Positions 9,970 to 19,055 of a stretch of 64,000 bases of DNA are shown in pieces. The DNA is from an uncultured Acidobacteriota bacterium (lineage in GTDB: Bacteria > Acidobacteriota > Terriglobia > Bryobacterales > Bryobacteraceae), in the NCBI GenBank assembly GCA_963737465.1, contig CAVTTC010000014.1, positions 103,567 to 167,566 on the forward strand, in the 5' to 3' direction. Made by a program: the position numbers and the translations under genes. The notes beneath the pieces are model-generated. The model did no database searches. It was not told where the DNA came from and worked only from the letters and a program-made list of their open reading frames with translations. Each line of letters begins with the position of its first letter. The stretch's first letter is position 1.

Positions 9970-11301
9970 TTACGTTGCCCGTTCCTGCAACTTCCCCTCC
10001 ACCGTTGTCGCCCAACCCGGCTGTGTGCCAGCGGCCTCACGCTTCTCTCGAATCAACCGCAGATTCCGTACGGTGGTCTCCGGTTCCCATTTCTCCCGGA
10101 TTGACACCAGCGCCTTGCCCAACATCTTCTTCGCTTCCGCTTCGTTCGATTCGATGACTGCCAGCTCGATCAGCGTCGCGTAATCCCAATAATCGGGTTT
10201 GCCGTTGGCGATCTTCCTCTCCACGGCGTAGCGCACCACAGGTATGATCTTGATCCGCCGGTCGTCGGGAGGATTGCTCAACTCCATGAGGGTCGCGGCG
10301 TTCACGCCCGGATACGCATCCCGCCAGTCCGTTTCGAAGCCCTTCAGGTACGCTTCCACCGCCTGGGAAAGATACTCGGCCGCCTCAATGTCGTCGCCGG
10401 CTTTAGCGGCGTTCTCCCAGCGATCTTTGTACACGCGTCCCAGCAGCCCATAGGTTTCGCTGCTCGGACCCCGCTCGTCGATCAACTGCTTCAGCACTGT
10501 CTCGGCCTCGTCTGCCCGCCCCATCCGGTTCAGTGCGAACGCCAACTGCTCGCGCACCATGACGGTCTGTGCCAAGGGCTGCGACATTCTCCTGTAGAGC
10601 GCCTCCATGTCGCGCCACGCCTTGGTCGCACGATAGGAGAGGAACAGATCCACCACCACACCAGCGTCGCTGTCCGCGACGTTGCCGAGTTCCCTCTCCA
10701 CGGCCCGCACCGCATCGGCCCCGTCCTTGCGTGCCGAGGCCAGATTCGTTTTCAAGCGTTTTGAATACTCCACCTGCTCCCGGAACACGTCCGTCTTGAG
10801 GTGATCCACTGATGCCGGTCTGAGGTTGTCGAGCAGTTGGTAGATAGGACTGTCCTGAGCGCCGTTGCGGGCCTCTGCGAGGAATCGAGCGATCGCCGCC
10901 CGGGTTCTTTCGAGTTTCTCCGGGTCCGGAACCCCGTCCTTCCTGAGTCCGTACGGGATCGTCCGCAACATCTGGACATCGAATGGAAGGCGGCTGCCTT
11001 CGGCGATCAACTGCACTGTCGAAAACGGCCGGAAGGCATGCCGCACACCGAGTTCGTAATAGACGTTGGCGTTGGCCAGCGTGAGGTCGGCCACCGCGAA
11101 CGGGCACAGGATCAACCGCTCGAACATCGGCTTGTGGATAATACCACCCGCAGTCTCCTGATCGGCGCGGATCGGTTCGAGGGCGGCGGCGGCGATCGCG
11201 GGCGCGATCAAGTCGGCGTAAACCTTGTCAAAATCGATCAACGTTCCATCCGGCGCGGGTTTCTGGCCGAACGGCATAAGGATGAAGCACAGGGGGTTCA
11301 T
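9970..11301 (-). CDS. NDT/TIR-like Rossmann domain fused to DUF4071 (ASK1/MAP3K-type TRAF-binding TPR) domain protein
   Basis: 443 aa. The N-terminus is CFILMPFGQK ... LANANVYYELGVRHA. The C-terminal helical repeats have the core YGLLGRVYKDRW ... YLKGFETDWRDAYPGVNAATLM. Starts 19 nt downstream of the 636-aa gene. Confidence 0.65.
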   Translation of the reverse strand: MNPLCFILMPFGQKPAPDGTLIDFDKVYADLIAPAIAAAALEPIRADQETAGGIIHKPMFERLILCPFAVADLTLANANVYYELGVRHAFRPFSTVQLIAEGSRLPFDVQMLRTIPYGLRKDGVPDPEKLERTRAAIARFLAEARNGAQDSPIYQLLDNLRPASVDHLKTDVFREQVEYSKRLKTNLASARKDGADAVRAVERELGNVADSDAGVVVDLFLSYRATKAWRDMEALYRRMSQPLAQTVMVREQLAFALNRMGRADEAETVLKQLIDERGPSSETYGLLGRVYKDRWENAAKAGDDIEAAEYLSQAVEAYLKGFETDWRDAYPGVNAATLMELSNPPDDRRIKIIPVVRYAVERKIANGKPDYWDYATLIELAVIESNEAEAKKMLGKALVSIREKWEPETTVRNLRLIREKREAAGTQPGWATTVEGKLQERAT

Positions 11302-11320
11302 GATACCTCTCGAGACTGAC

Positions 11321-13231
11321 TTATTCGCATACTATGCACCGAAAGCCGGTATATGGGTTTGTGTCATCGGGATTCAGTGCCACCTGCGGGACATGCAAAC
11401 GGGAGAGCGGCGTATTATAAGCGCCGCCTAGCGCATCCGACTTCGGAAGCTCGATGACGGCGCCGCTATATGGCGCCTCCGACGTTAGCACGTACCGCTT
11501 CGTCCATTCCCACACGTTGCCGAGCAGATCGTAGAGTCCCCAGGTATTCGGTTTCTGCAGTCCCACGGGATGGATCCGATCGTCGGAATTCTCACGGCAC
11601 CACGCCACGATTCGCACTACCGTAGGATCATCGCCCCACCAGTACGTAGACTCGGCCCCGGCCCGAAAAAGCTGCTTCCATTCGTCGGCGCTCGGCAGTT
11701 CCAGCATGGCCCAACTGCAAAACCGCTCGGCATCTGTGACCGACACGTTCACCACCGGCGCATCATCCGGTTCCTTTGCCGCCTGTAGGTGTTTCGGAAG
11801 TGCGTACCCGGTTGCCTGACAAAACTGCCGGTATTGTTGATTCGTGACGGGATAGCGTCCGGCCCAGATCGTTTTTCCTTCCCGGGTCTGGACCGGGACT
11901 TTCACCAATTGATATTGCGAGTTGCCGAAGTTGCGCTCTCCGAGGTTCACCGTCATTGGCAGCCTACGGTCGGGAACCTTCTTCAAAAGATCGATGAACT
12001 GGTTGATGTTCTGAAACACCTTCTCCTGGACGAAGACATCGGTCACGGGCCGGGTCTTTTCATGCCGGATGACGGTCAATCGATCGGAACTGCCTTTGTG
12101 CGAGCCGTGAAATGTCCGCGCCAAAAACCACCCGGCCAGCACTCCATTGGCAGCGTTGTCTGCTCCGTCCCGGACGTCTGAACCTTCGGCAAACGGAGTG
12201 ATCGCCCACACAATTTGGGCGACTCCGGCCAGTCTCTCTCCGGCCTCATTGAAATTCGACCCTTCCGGCGGTCTGTCCCAGTGCTCGGTGGTGTCGCCCT
12301 CCAGTTCCCGTAGTGCGGCGCCCGCGTGGCGCGACGACAAAAAGAGCGTCGCCCCGCTCTCCGGCACAGCGCCGGCCTCTTTCGGCTTGTACCACTTGCT
12401 CTCGTTCTTGATGTAACTTCTGAGCTGGGTCAAGTTCTCGATTGCCTCGACGTTAAAACCCCTGAACAGCGACTTCTGCAGCCACGCCGGGACGCTCGAT
12501 CCAAAGCACACCAGGCATGTCGGCTTGCGGAAACCCAATGCCAGACCAGCCTCGAACCCGACGTTCGCATTCGGGCGGTCGGTCACCACCAGCACGCGGT
12601 CATGATCTCTGATTCCGGGCAGCACGGTGTTCAGCAGAATGTCGCCGCCCGATCCCGATTCCCTTCTCGGAATTTGAAAGCGGAATCCTTCCGGCGGCTG
12701 CCGTTCGAGCGAGGTCAGGATCAAGTCCACATCCAACAACTCGAAGTCCCAAACCACGAACACCGAAGCCTCTTCCGCGACTTCTCCTTCCAGCATCTCC
12801 AGTTGGGCGGAAACCGCCGCCCCGATCGTCGCGGGCTGAAAATATCCAAAGCGTTGAGATGTTTTCACCTTCTCGAAAAACGCGCGTAACGGCTTCAACC
12901 GGTTCGGATGATCCCAGGCTTCCATCGCCGTCGGCGGTATCCAGGACACCGATTCGTCCGGCAACAGGGCTCGCACCGGCTTGCGCGCTTTGAGCATGGC
13001 ATCCCATTCGAGTTCCTGGATGCCTTGCCCAGCCTCATCGTGCCCATATGTATAAGCCGAGATCAGCAGGAGCGCGTCGCATGCCTTGGCAGTCTCCAGG
13101 CGATTCGGGTAGCCCGGTCCGTCCGCCACCGTCCACCCGGCTGCTTTCGCTACCGCAATGGCGCTCTCGGCATAAGTCCTGAGATCGTCCGTGTAGGTCA
13201 GGTACAATTTTTGGGGCTTCTCTGCCGCCAT
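11321..13231 (-). CDS. multidomain protein: DUF4062-like + tandem NDT/TIR-like Rossmann units + C-terminal FGE-sulfatase (SUMF1) domain
   Basis: 636 aa. DUF4062 pattern: KLYLTYTDDLRTYAES...CDALLLISAYTYGH...ELEWDAMLKARKPVRALL. Rossmann-unit motif: VVTDRPNANVGFEAGLALGFRKP. FGE motifs: YPVTNQQYRQFC, VVNVSVTDAERFCSW, LPSADEWK, WGLYDLLGNVWEWT, GFRCI. Confidence 0.7.
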   Translation of the reverse strand: MAAEKPQKLYLTYTDDLRTYAESAIAVAKAAGWTVADGPGYPNRLETAKACDALLLISAYTYGHDEAGQGIQELEWDAMLKARKPVRALLPDESVSWIPPTAMEAWDHPNRLKPLRAFFEKVKTSQRFGYFQPATIGAAVSAQLEMLEGEVAEEASVFVVWDFELLDVDLILTSLERQPPEGFRFQIPRRESGSGGDILLNTVLPGIRDHDRVLVVTDRPNANVGFEAGLALGFRKPTCLVCFGSSVPAWLQKSLFRGFNVEAIENLTQLRSYIKNESKWYKPKEAGAVPESGATLFLSSRHAGAALRELEGDTTEHWDRPPEGSNFNEAGERLAGVAQIVWAITPFAEGSDVRDGADNAANGVLAGWFLARTFHGSHKGSSDRLTVIRHEKTRPVTDVFVQEKVFQNINQFIDLLKKVPDRRLPMTVNLGERNFGNSQYQLVKVPVQTREGKTIWAGRYPVTNQQYRQFCQATGYALPKHLQAAKEPDDAPVVNVSVTDAERFCSWAMLELPSADEWKQLFRAGAESTYWWGDDPTVVRIVAWCRENSDDRIHPVGLQKPNTWGLYDLLGNVWEWTKRYVLTSEAPYSGAVIELPKSDALGGAYNTPLSRLHVPQVALNPDDTNPYTGFRCIVCE

Positions 13232-13309
13232 AGGGCGCCTCCTAGGTCCACAGTTCGCGCGTGGCGGCGACCGTCGTTGAACTGGCGACGAACCTCCGGC
13301 GATTCATCT

Positions 13310-13996
13310 TCATTGAACGATCTCGAATTCCATGGTGACTGTTGCCGTGGTGGTCACGTTGCCCGGCACTATTGGTGTCGTGGCCGCGGCTGTCGGCACA
13401 TTGGAGTACACGATGGGTGTGGACGTCGCGCCTTCGATAATGGAGAGCACGGTGCCCACCTTCAGGCTGGCTCCGTTCGCCATGGCGTCAGCGTGGGTCC
13501 GGGCGAGAATGGCGGCCTGCCGCAACGCCTGTAGCCGGACAGGTTCGGGATCCTTGAGAGAAAAGACGAGCGATTGAACTTGAGTCGCCCCCGCTTGAAC
13601 TCCCACATCGATCAGTTTGCCCACCTGCGCCAGATTCGTGAGGGTCCCTTGCACGGTGTTCGACGCGGCGAACCCGGAGAGTTGGCCTTGCCCCCCGTTT
13701 GGCGGATAGGTGTAGACCGCGTTCAGGGAATAACCGGTAGTCTGCACATCACCCCCGGACCCAATGACGCTCTTCAGGGCGGCGATCACGGCGGTTGTGA
13801 TGGCGGCATTCTGGGCCGCGGCGTCCTGGGCGGTTGCCGCCCGGGTCTCCACAGCAAAGCTGACTTTGGCCTGATCGGGAATCGACATGATCGTCGCATC
13901 GCCGATGGCCCGGACAGATGGCTTGCCGGTAGCGACTTGCGCTTGGGCCGCCGCAATTCCGAGGATGACAATTGCGAAGACTGGTATAGCTTTCAT
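13310..13996 (-). CDS. SIMPL (DUF541) domain periplasmic protein
   Basis: 228 aa with a signal peptide MKAIPVFAIVILGIAAAQA. The A/T/Q-rich two-lobed sequence ends in PGNVTTTATVTMEFEIVQ, as in SIMPL proteins. Confidence 0.7.
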   Translation of the reverse strand: MKAIPVFAIVILGIAAAQAQVATGKPSVRAIGDATIMSIPDQAKVSFAVETRAATAQDAAAQNAAITTAVIAALKSVIGSGGDVQTTGYSLNAVYTYPPNGGQGQLSGFAASNTVQGTLTNLAQVGKLIDVGVQAGATQVQSLVFSLKDPEPVRLQALRQAAILARTHADAMANGASLKVGTVLSIIEGATSTPIVYSNVPTAAATTPIVPGNVTTTATVTMEFEIVQ

Positions 13997-14075
13997 CAGC
14001 AGTCAGGATACCAGTCAGGGGGATGGAAGAGAATGGTCTACTCCAACTCCGGCGAACGCGCCCGTCACAACGAAC

Positions 14076-14267
14076 TCAACTCCGTTCGAGTTCAACAACT
14101 CGATAAACTCGCACAAGTCCTTGCCGAGCCGCATCGGGACGCATGGTATCGCGGAGGGTCATTACGATCTCGATGCGTTCCTCCGGAGTCAAATTCGCGT
14201 CCGCACAGGCATCGGCCTCATCCGCTTCTTCCAGACTCGAGAAGACTCGTACCGTTTTCTCGATCAA
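14076..14267 (-). CDS. small acidic conserved hypothetical (antitoxin-like), followed by a truncated nucleotidyltransferase-like remnant
   Basis: 63 aa: RVFSSLEEADEAD...LTPEERIEIVMTL...RVYRVVELERS. Immediately downstream (14075-14010, reverse) only about 20 codons remain: VEFVVTGAFAGVGVDH..*. Confidence 0.4.
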   Translation of the reverse strand: MIEKTVRVFSSLEEADEADACADANLTPEERIEIVMTLRDTMRPDAARQGLVRVYRVVELERS

Positions 14268-14317
14268 TCTTTCTTCACCGTCCCGCTGACGTCACGCCCA
14301 CCCGATAGAATGTTTCT

Positions 14318-16489
14318 GTGCGCAACCCTGCTTGTCTCCTCCTTCTCCTCGCCGGTACCCTCGCGGCGCAATCCATCGACTATTCCGCCGCCCGCAAAAC
14401 CTGGATCCTCAAAACCGATTCCAGCGCCTACGCCATCGGCGTGAATCAGCGCGGTGAGTTGCAGAACCTCTACTGGGGTGGACCCCTCTGGCGCTCCGAC
14501 GACATCGGCGCGGCCCAGGCCGGTCCCGAATGGTCTTCCTTCGATCCCTCGCAGTCGCTGACCAATGAGGAGTTCACCGGCTGGGGCGGCACCCGCTATT
14601 TCGAGCCGTCCCTCAAGATCTCTCGCGCGAACGGCGTGCGCGATCTCGTCCTGCACTACTCCTCGCACACCATCAACGGCAATCAGCTGAACATCGTCCT
14701 CAAGGACATCAACGACGATCTGTTCGTCACTCTGAACTACCTCGTCTACCCTCGGGAAGGGATCATCCGCAAACAGGCCAGGCTGGAGAATCGCACCGGA
14801 CAGCCCGTGACTGTGGAGAGTTTCCAATCCGGCGTCTGGTGCCTGCCCCATGGTGAAGGCTACCGCCTCAGCTATCTCACCGGACGCTGGGCCGCCGAGA
14901 CTCAACTCACTCGCGAGGACATCCACACCGGATCGAAGATCATCGAGAGCCGCAAGGGACATACCAGCCACAACGCGAACCCGTGGTTTGCCATCGACGA
15001 AGGCGGCGCAGCGAACGAGCAGTCCGGACGTGTCTGGTTCGGCGCCCTTGGCTGGAGCGGGAACTGGCGCATCACCGTCGAGCAGACACCGTATTCGCAG
15101 GTACGCGTCACCGGCGGTTGGAACCCGTTCGATTTCTCCTACACCGTGAAGCCCGGCGCATCGCTCGAGACGCCGCCCTTCTATGGCGGATTCTCGAACC
15201 ACGGCTTCGGCGAAGCCTCCCGCATCCTGCACCGCTTCGAGCGCACCCAGATTCTGCCCCTGGGCACGAAGGCACGGCTGCGGCCGGTTCTCTACAACTC
15301 CTGGGAAGCCACCGAGTTCGCCGTGGACGAGCCCGGGCAGAAAGCGCTGGCCGAGAAGGCCGCCAAACTCGGCGTGGAACTGTTCGTCATGGACGACGGC
15401 TGGTTCGGTAAGCGCAACACCGACAAGGCGGGTCTCGGCGATTGGACCGTCAATCCCCAGAAGTTCCCGCGAGGACTCACGCCGCTCATCGAATCCGTAA
15501 AGTCGCTGGGCATGGAATTCGGACTGTGGGTGGAGCCCGAAATGGTCAACCCGGATAGCGACCTCTACCGTGCCCATCCCGATTGGGCCATGCATTTCCC
15601 GGGACGCCCGCGTACGGAACTGCGCAATCAGCTGGTGCTGAACATGGCACGCGACGACGTCAAGGAACACATCTTCGGTGTGCTCGACAAACTGGCGAGC
15701 GATTACCCCATCCGTTACTTCAAATGGGACATGAACCGCCCCTTCGCCGAGCCCGGCTGGGAAGGCGTCCAGGATCAGAAGGAATTGTGGGTGAAGTACG
15801 TGCGCAATGTCTATGAGATCTTCGATCGCCTGCGCGCCAAACACCCTGGACTCGAAATCGAATCCTGCTCCGGTGGAGGCGGTCGCGTGGACCTGGGCAT
15901 TCTTCAGCGCGTGGACGAGGTCTGGACATCCGACAACACCGAAGCCTTCGACCGGCTTCGTATCCAGGAAGGCTTCTCCCAGGCTTACGCGCCAAAGATC
16001 ATGTCGGCCTGGGTCACCGACGTTCCGAACATGAACGGTCGCAGCACTCCCCTCCAGTATCGCTTTCTGGTAGCCATGCAGGGTGCGCTCGGAATCGGCT
16101 CCAATCTGAATAAGTTCTCGGCGGATGACACCGCGCTCGCTACACGCATGGTCGCCTATTACAAGCGGATTCGCGGGACGGTGCAGGAAGGAAAGCTGTA
16201 CCGGCTGCTGTCCCCACGCCTGGGCGAGTTGACCGCGAACCAGTACGTCTCCGAGGATGGCAACCAGGCTGTTCTGTTCGCCTTTCTCCACTCGCAGCAA
16301 TACCGGAAACCGGCGCCGGCCATCCGGCTCGCCGGCCTCGACCCAAAGGCCGTGTATCGAGTCCAGGTGCTGGGCCAGACTACGTCGCAAACGTTGAGCG
16401 GCGCATACCTGATGGATCAGGGCGTCACCGTGTCGCTGACGGGCGACTACGATTCCACTTCCGTCCTGCTCGAGAAGGTGGCGAACTGA
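14318..16489 (+). CDS. alpha-galactosidase, glycoside hydrolase family 36
   Basis: 723 aa, GTG start, signal peptide. Motifs NPWFAIDEGG, YNSWEATEF, ELFVMDDGWFGKRN, EFGLWVEPEMVNPDS, YFKWDMNR, ESCSGGGGR, WTSDNTEAFDR. Confidence 0.9.
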   Translation: MRNPACLLLLLAGTLAAQSIDYSAARKTWILKTDSSAYAIGVNQRGELQNLYWGGPLWRSDDIGAAQAGPEWSSFDPSQSLTNEEFTGWGGTRYFEPSLKISRANGVRDLVLHYSSHTINGNQLNIVLKDINDDLFVTLNYLVYPREGIIRKQARLENRTGQPVTVESFQSGVWCLPHGEGYRLSYLTGRWAAETQLTREDIHTGSKIIESRKGHTSHNANPWFAIDEGGAANEQSGRVWFGALGWSGNWRITVEQTPYSQVRVTGGWNPFDFSYTVKPGASLETPPFYGGFSNHGFGEASRILHRFERTQILPLGTKARLRPVLYNSWEATEFAVDEPGQKALAEKAAKLGVELFVMDDGWFGKRNTDKAGLGDWTVNPQKFPRGLTPLIESVKSLGMEFGLWVEPEMVNPDSDLYRAHPDWAMHFPGRPRTELRNQLVLNMARDDVKEHIFGVLDKLASDYPIRYFKWDMNRPFAEPGWEGVQDQKELWVKYVRNVYEIFDRLRAKHPGLEIESCSGGGGRVDLGILQRVDEVWTSDNTEAFDRLRIQEGFSQAYAPKIMSAWVTDVPNMNGRSTPLQYRFLVAMQGALGIGSNLNKFSADDTALATRMVAYYKRIRGTVQEGKLYRLLSPRLGELTANQYVSEDGNQAVLFAFLHSQQYRKPAPAIRLAGLDPKAVYRVQVLGQTTSQTLSGAYLMDQGVTVSLTGDYDSTSVLLEKVAN

Positions 16490-16656
16490 CGCCCGCACCC
16501 GCGGCCGTCGGCCCGGCAAGCAGCTGATTCTACCGAGCCGCGCACGTAAGTAAGCGGTTTCGGACACCTCCTGCCTCGGTCACTGCGAACGGGCTGGGTC
16601 TCGCTGAGTCTCCGGACTTTCGTCATCCCGCGAATCTGTTAAGATCAGTAACCTCA

Positions 16657-18996
16657 ATGGCTGTCTTTGCCGACGTCTTCGCGCGCGAGTTGGAGGAAAT
16701 TGCGAACCGCCGCCGCCTCCTCGGCCTGGAGCCGGTGGATGCCTCACGTGCGCCCTCGCCTTCGCTCGGACTCACCGCACTGGCCTTCTCGGGTGGCGGA
16801 ATCCGCTCCGCCGCATTCTGTCTGGGAGTTCTCCAGTCATTTGCCCGTGCCGGTATCGTCAGAACAGTGGATTACCTGTCGAGTGTCTCCGGCGGAGGTT
16901 ACATCGCTTCCTGCCTCGAGTCATTGATGAACGATCCGCGTTCCGGCGCCTGCTGCTGCGAGCCTGATCGCTTCCCTTTGCGCAAGGACTCCGGCGTTCC
17001 TGAGACGGTCGTGCTCAGTCATCTCCGCAATAGCGGCAGTTACCTCGGCTCGGGCGGCCTCATCGACAAACTGAGGATCGCCACTCTCGCCCTCCGTGGC
17101 ATTCTGCTCAACATGCTGCTGCTCTTCCCGATGCTGAGTTCGGCCGCTTTCGTCACCGGAATCGCCTATCACTTTCAAGGCGCATCCGCCGTGCGGCAGG
17201 CCCCGATTCTCTTCGTCGTCCTGTGGCTGGGCGGCCTGTTCCTCTTGTTGGTAGTCACGTTTCCATTCATCTCGCGCATCTTCAGCGGCCGCTTCAACTG
17301 GTCCCGCCGCAACGACTACGAACTCGTGCTGACGTTTGCCCTCGCCCTCTTTCTCGGCTCCGTCCTCCTGCTGCCGCTGGCGGTGATTGTCGACAATGTC
17401 CTGCTCTACCCGTGGTCCACGTTCCACCTTTCGAGCCTTCTGACTCTGCGCTACTGGCCCCTGTGGACCTCACTCGCCGGCATCAGCCTTCTTCTGCTGA
17501 TTGCCGGACCGATGGCCGCCACCTCCCGTGCCGCTTGGAGTCTGCTGCTGTATGGCATCGGCATGCTGGGGCCCGTCGTGGTCCTGGCCACCTATCTGCT
17601 CTTCTGTATCCAATGGGTTCGCATTCCCTACCTCTCCCTCAGTCTCGTCGATGAACTGTCTCTGGCCGCCGAACACTCCGAAACGCAATCGAAAACCCTC
17701 GGAAGGTCCAGGCGGCAGCGAGTGGAAAGCGGTCTTGCGGGAGAATTGCAGCGCCGCGGATTAGTGGATAGTATGTCGGAGCCGATCGAGGTGAACCGAG
17801 TGCCTCCGGCAAAAGGCGAAGAAGGGGAGCGTTGGAGCGTCCAAACGAGAAGCCGCACGTTCGTGATTCAGGAGGCGAGCGACCGTCTGGTAATTGTCAT
17901 GAACCCGGGCGATTCGCCCATCCTGCCGGGTTGGCCGCTGGCCGCCTTGAGCCTCGTCTTCCTGCTCATCAACCATCTCCTGCTGGATGTGAACCTGACC
18001 TCGCCGCACGGTTTTTACCGCGACCGCCTCAGCAAGGCCTTCCTATTCCAACTGGCGGAGGATAACGAAATCCAACCTACCGACAGCCTGAAACTCTCCG
18101 AGTTGAATCAGCCGGGGACGGCCGCCCCGTATCACCTGATCAACGCCGCGCTGAACCTGGAAGGCAGCCGGAGGCCCGGATTGCGCGGGCGGAATGCCGA
18201 CTTCTTTCTGTTCTCGAAACACTTCATCGGCAGCGAATCCACCGGCTATTCCCCCACCCACAACATCGAGATGGTGGACACGCACCTGAACCTCGGCACC
18301 GCCATGGCCATCTCCGCCGGCGCCGCCGCTCCCAATATGGGAGCCACCACCCTCAGGCCCCTGATGTTCGTTCTGACGCTGCTCAACATACGGCTCGGGT
18401 ATTGGCTGCCGAATCCGCTACGCCTGGCTGAGGGAGTCCGTCCCGGCCAGCAACACTATTTTGGGCACGCGGGCGCGATCTACGTGATGCGGGAATCATT
18501 GGGTTTGATCGATGAGCGTGGGCGTCGCATCAACGTCTCCGATGGCGGTCACATCGAAAATCTCGGCATCTACGAATTGCTCCGCCGGCGCGCGAAACTC
18601 ATCATTGCCGTGGATGGCGAGGCCGATCCGAAACTGAGCTTCAGCAGCCTGATCAACTTGATTCGGTACGCCCACATCGATATGGGTATCCGGATCGAGA
18701 TCAACCTCGACGCCATCCGGCACGGGACGGATCACTACACTGTCGGAACCATCGAATACGGCAGCGGCGAGAAGGGCGAGTTGCTCTACATCAAGGCCTC
18801 GAAAACCGGGGACGAGAATCCCTATGTTCTCGACTACGCGGCCCGGTACCCCGCATTCCCGCACGAATCGACGACCGACCAGTTCTTCGGCGAAGCCCAG
18901 TTTGAGGCCTATCGCGCCCTCGGGTATCATATCGCTCACCGCGCCCTCGCCGCCCTCCCGCAGATGCCCGGCATTCGCGCCGCCTCGGCGACCTGA
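16657..18996 (+). CDS. patatin/cPLA2-like phospholipase with a large polytopic membrane insertion
   Basis: 779 aa. Oxyanion motif FSGGGIRSAAF (about residues 44-54), nucleophile SSVSGGGY (Ser about 78), catalytic Asp motif VSDGGHIENLG (Asp about 629). At least six hydrophobic helices lie between residues about 140 and 450. Confidence 0.8.
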   Translation: MAVFADVFARELEEIANRRRLLGLEPVDASRAPSPSLGLTALAFSGGGIRSAAFCLGVLQSFARAGIVRTVDYLSSVSGGGYIASCLESLMNDPRSGACCCEPDRFPLRKDSGVPETVVLSHLRNSGSYLGSGGLIDKLRIATLALRGILLNMLLLFPMLSSAAFVTGIAYHFQGASAVRQAPILFVVLWLGGLFLLLVVTFPFISRIFSGRFNWSRRNDYELVLTFALALFLGSVLLLPLAVIVDNVLLYPWSTFHLSSLLTLRYWPLWTSLAGISLLLLIAGPMAATSRAAWSLLLYGIGMLGPVVVLATYLLFCIQWVRIPYLSLSLVDELSLAAEHSETQSKTLGRSRRQRVESGLAGELQRRGLVDSMSEPIEVNRVPPAKGEEGERWSVQTRSRTFVIQEASDRLVIVMNPGDSPILPGWPLAALSLVFLLINHLLLDVNLTSPHGFYRDRLSKAFLFQLAEDNEIQPTDSLKLSELNQPGTAAPYHLINAALNLEGSRRPGLRGRNADFFLFSKHFIGSESTGYSPTHNIEMVDTHLNLGTAMAISAGAAAPNMGATTLRPLMFVLTLLNIRLGYWLPNPLRLAEGVRPGQQHYFGHAGAIYVMRESLGLIDERGRRINVSDGGHIENLGIYELLRRRAKLIIAVDGEADPKLSFSSLINLIRYAHIDMGIRIEINLDAIRHGTDHYTVGTIEYGSGEKGELLYIKASKTGDENPYVLDYAARYPAFPHESTTDQFFGEAQFEAYRALGYHIAHRALAALPQMPGIRAASAT

Positions 18997-19010
18997 CCGC
19001 AAAGGTGGGG

Positions 19011-19045
19011 CAGGCCCTCGGCCTGCGGCGGCCTCTCAGGCCGCC
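19011..19045. terminator. two tandem GC-rich hairpins between convergent genes (candidate bidirectional terminator)
   Basis: caggcc-ctc-ggcctg (19011-19025) and ggcggcct-ctc-aggccgcc (19027-19045). They lie between the patatin stop (18996) and the stop of the minus-strand gene (19056). No clear U-tract. Confidence 0.4.
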
Positions 19046-19055
19046 TCCGCGCGGA

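Noticed and set aside
14264-16567. 767-aa ORF antisense to the GH36 alpha-galactosidase gene. Similar long antisense or out-of-frame ORFs occur at 370-1263, 22568-23893, 36915-37904, 47702-48658, 48914-49930, 54714-55700, 56106-57806 and 62878-63906.
   Set aside because: Their composition is Arg/Gly/Pro/Ala/His-rich and low-complexity with no recognisable motifs. Each lies opposite or out of frame to an ORF with clear family signatures. This is the usual stop-codon-poor artefact of high-GC DNA.
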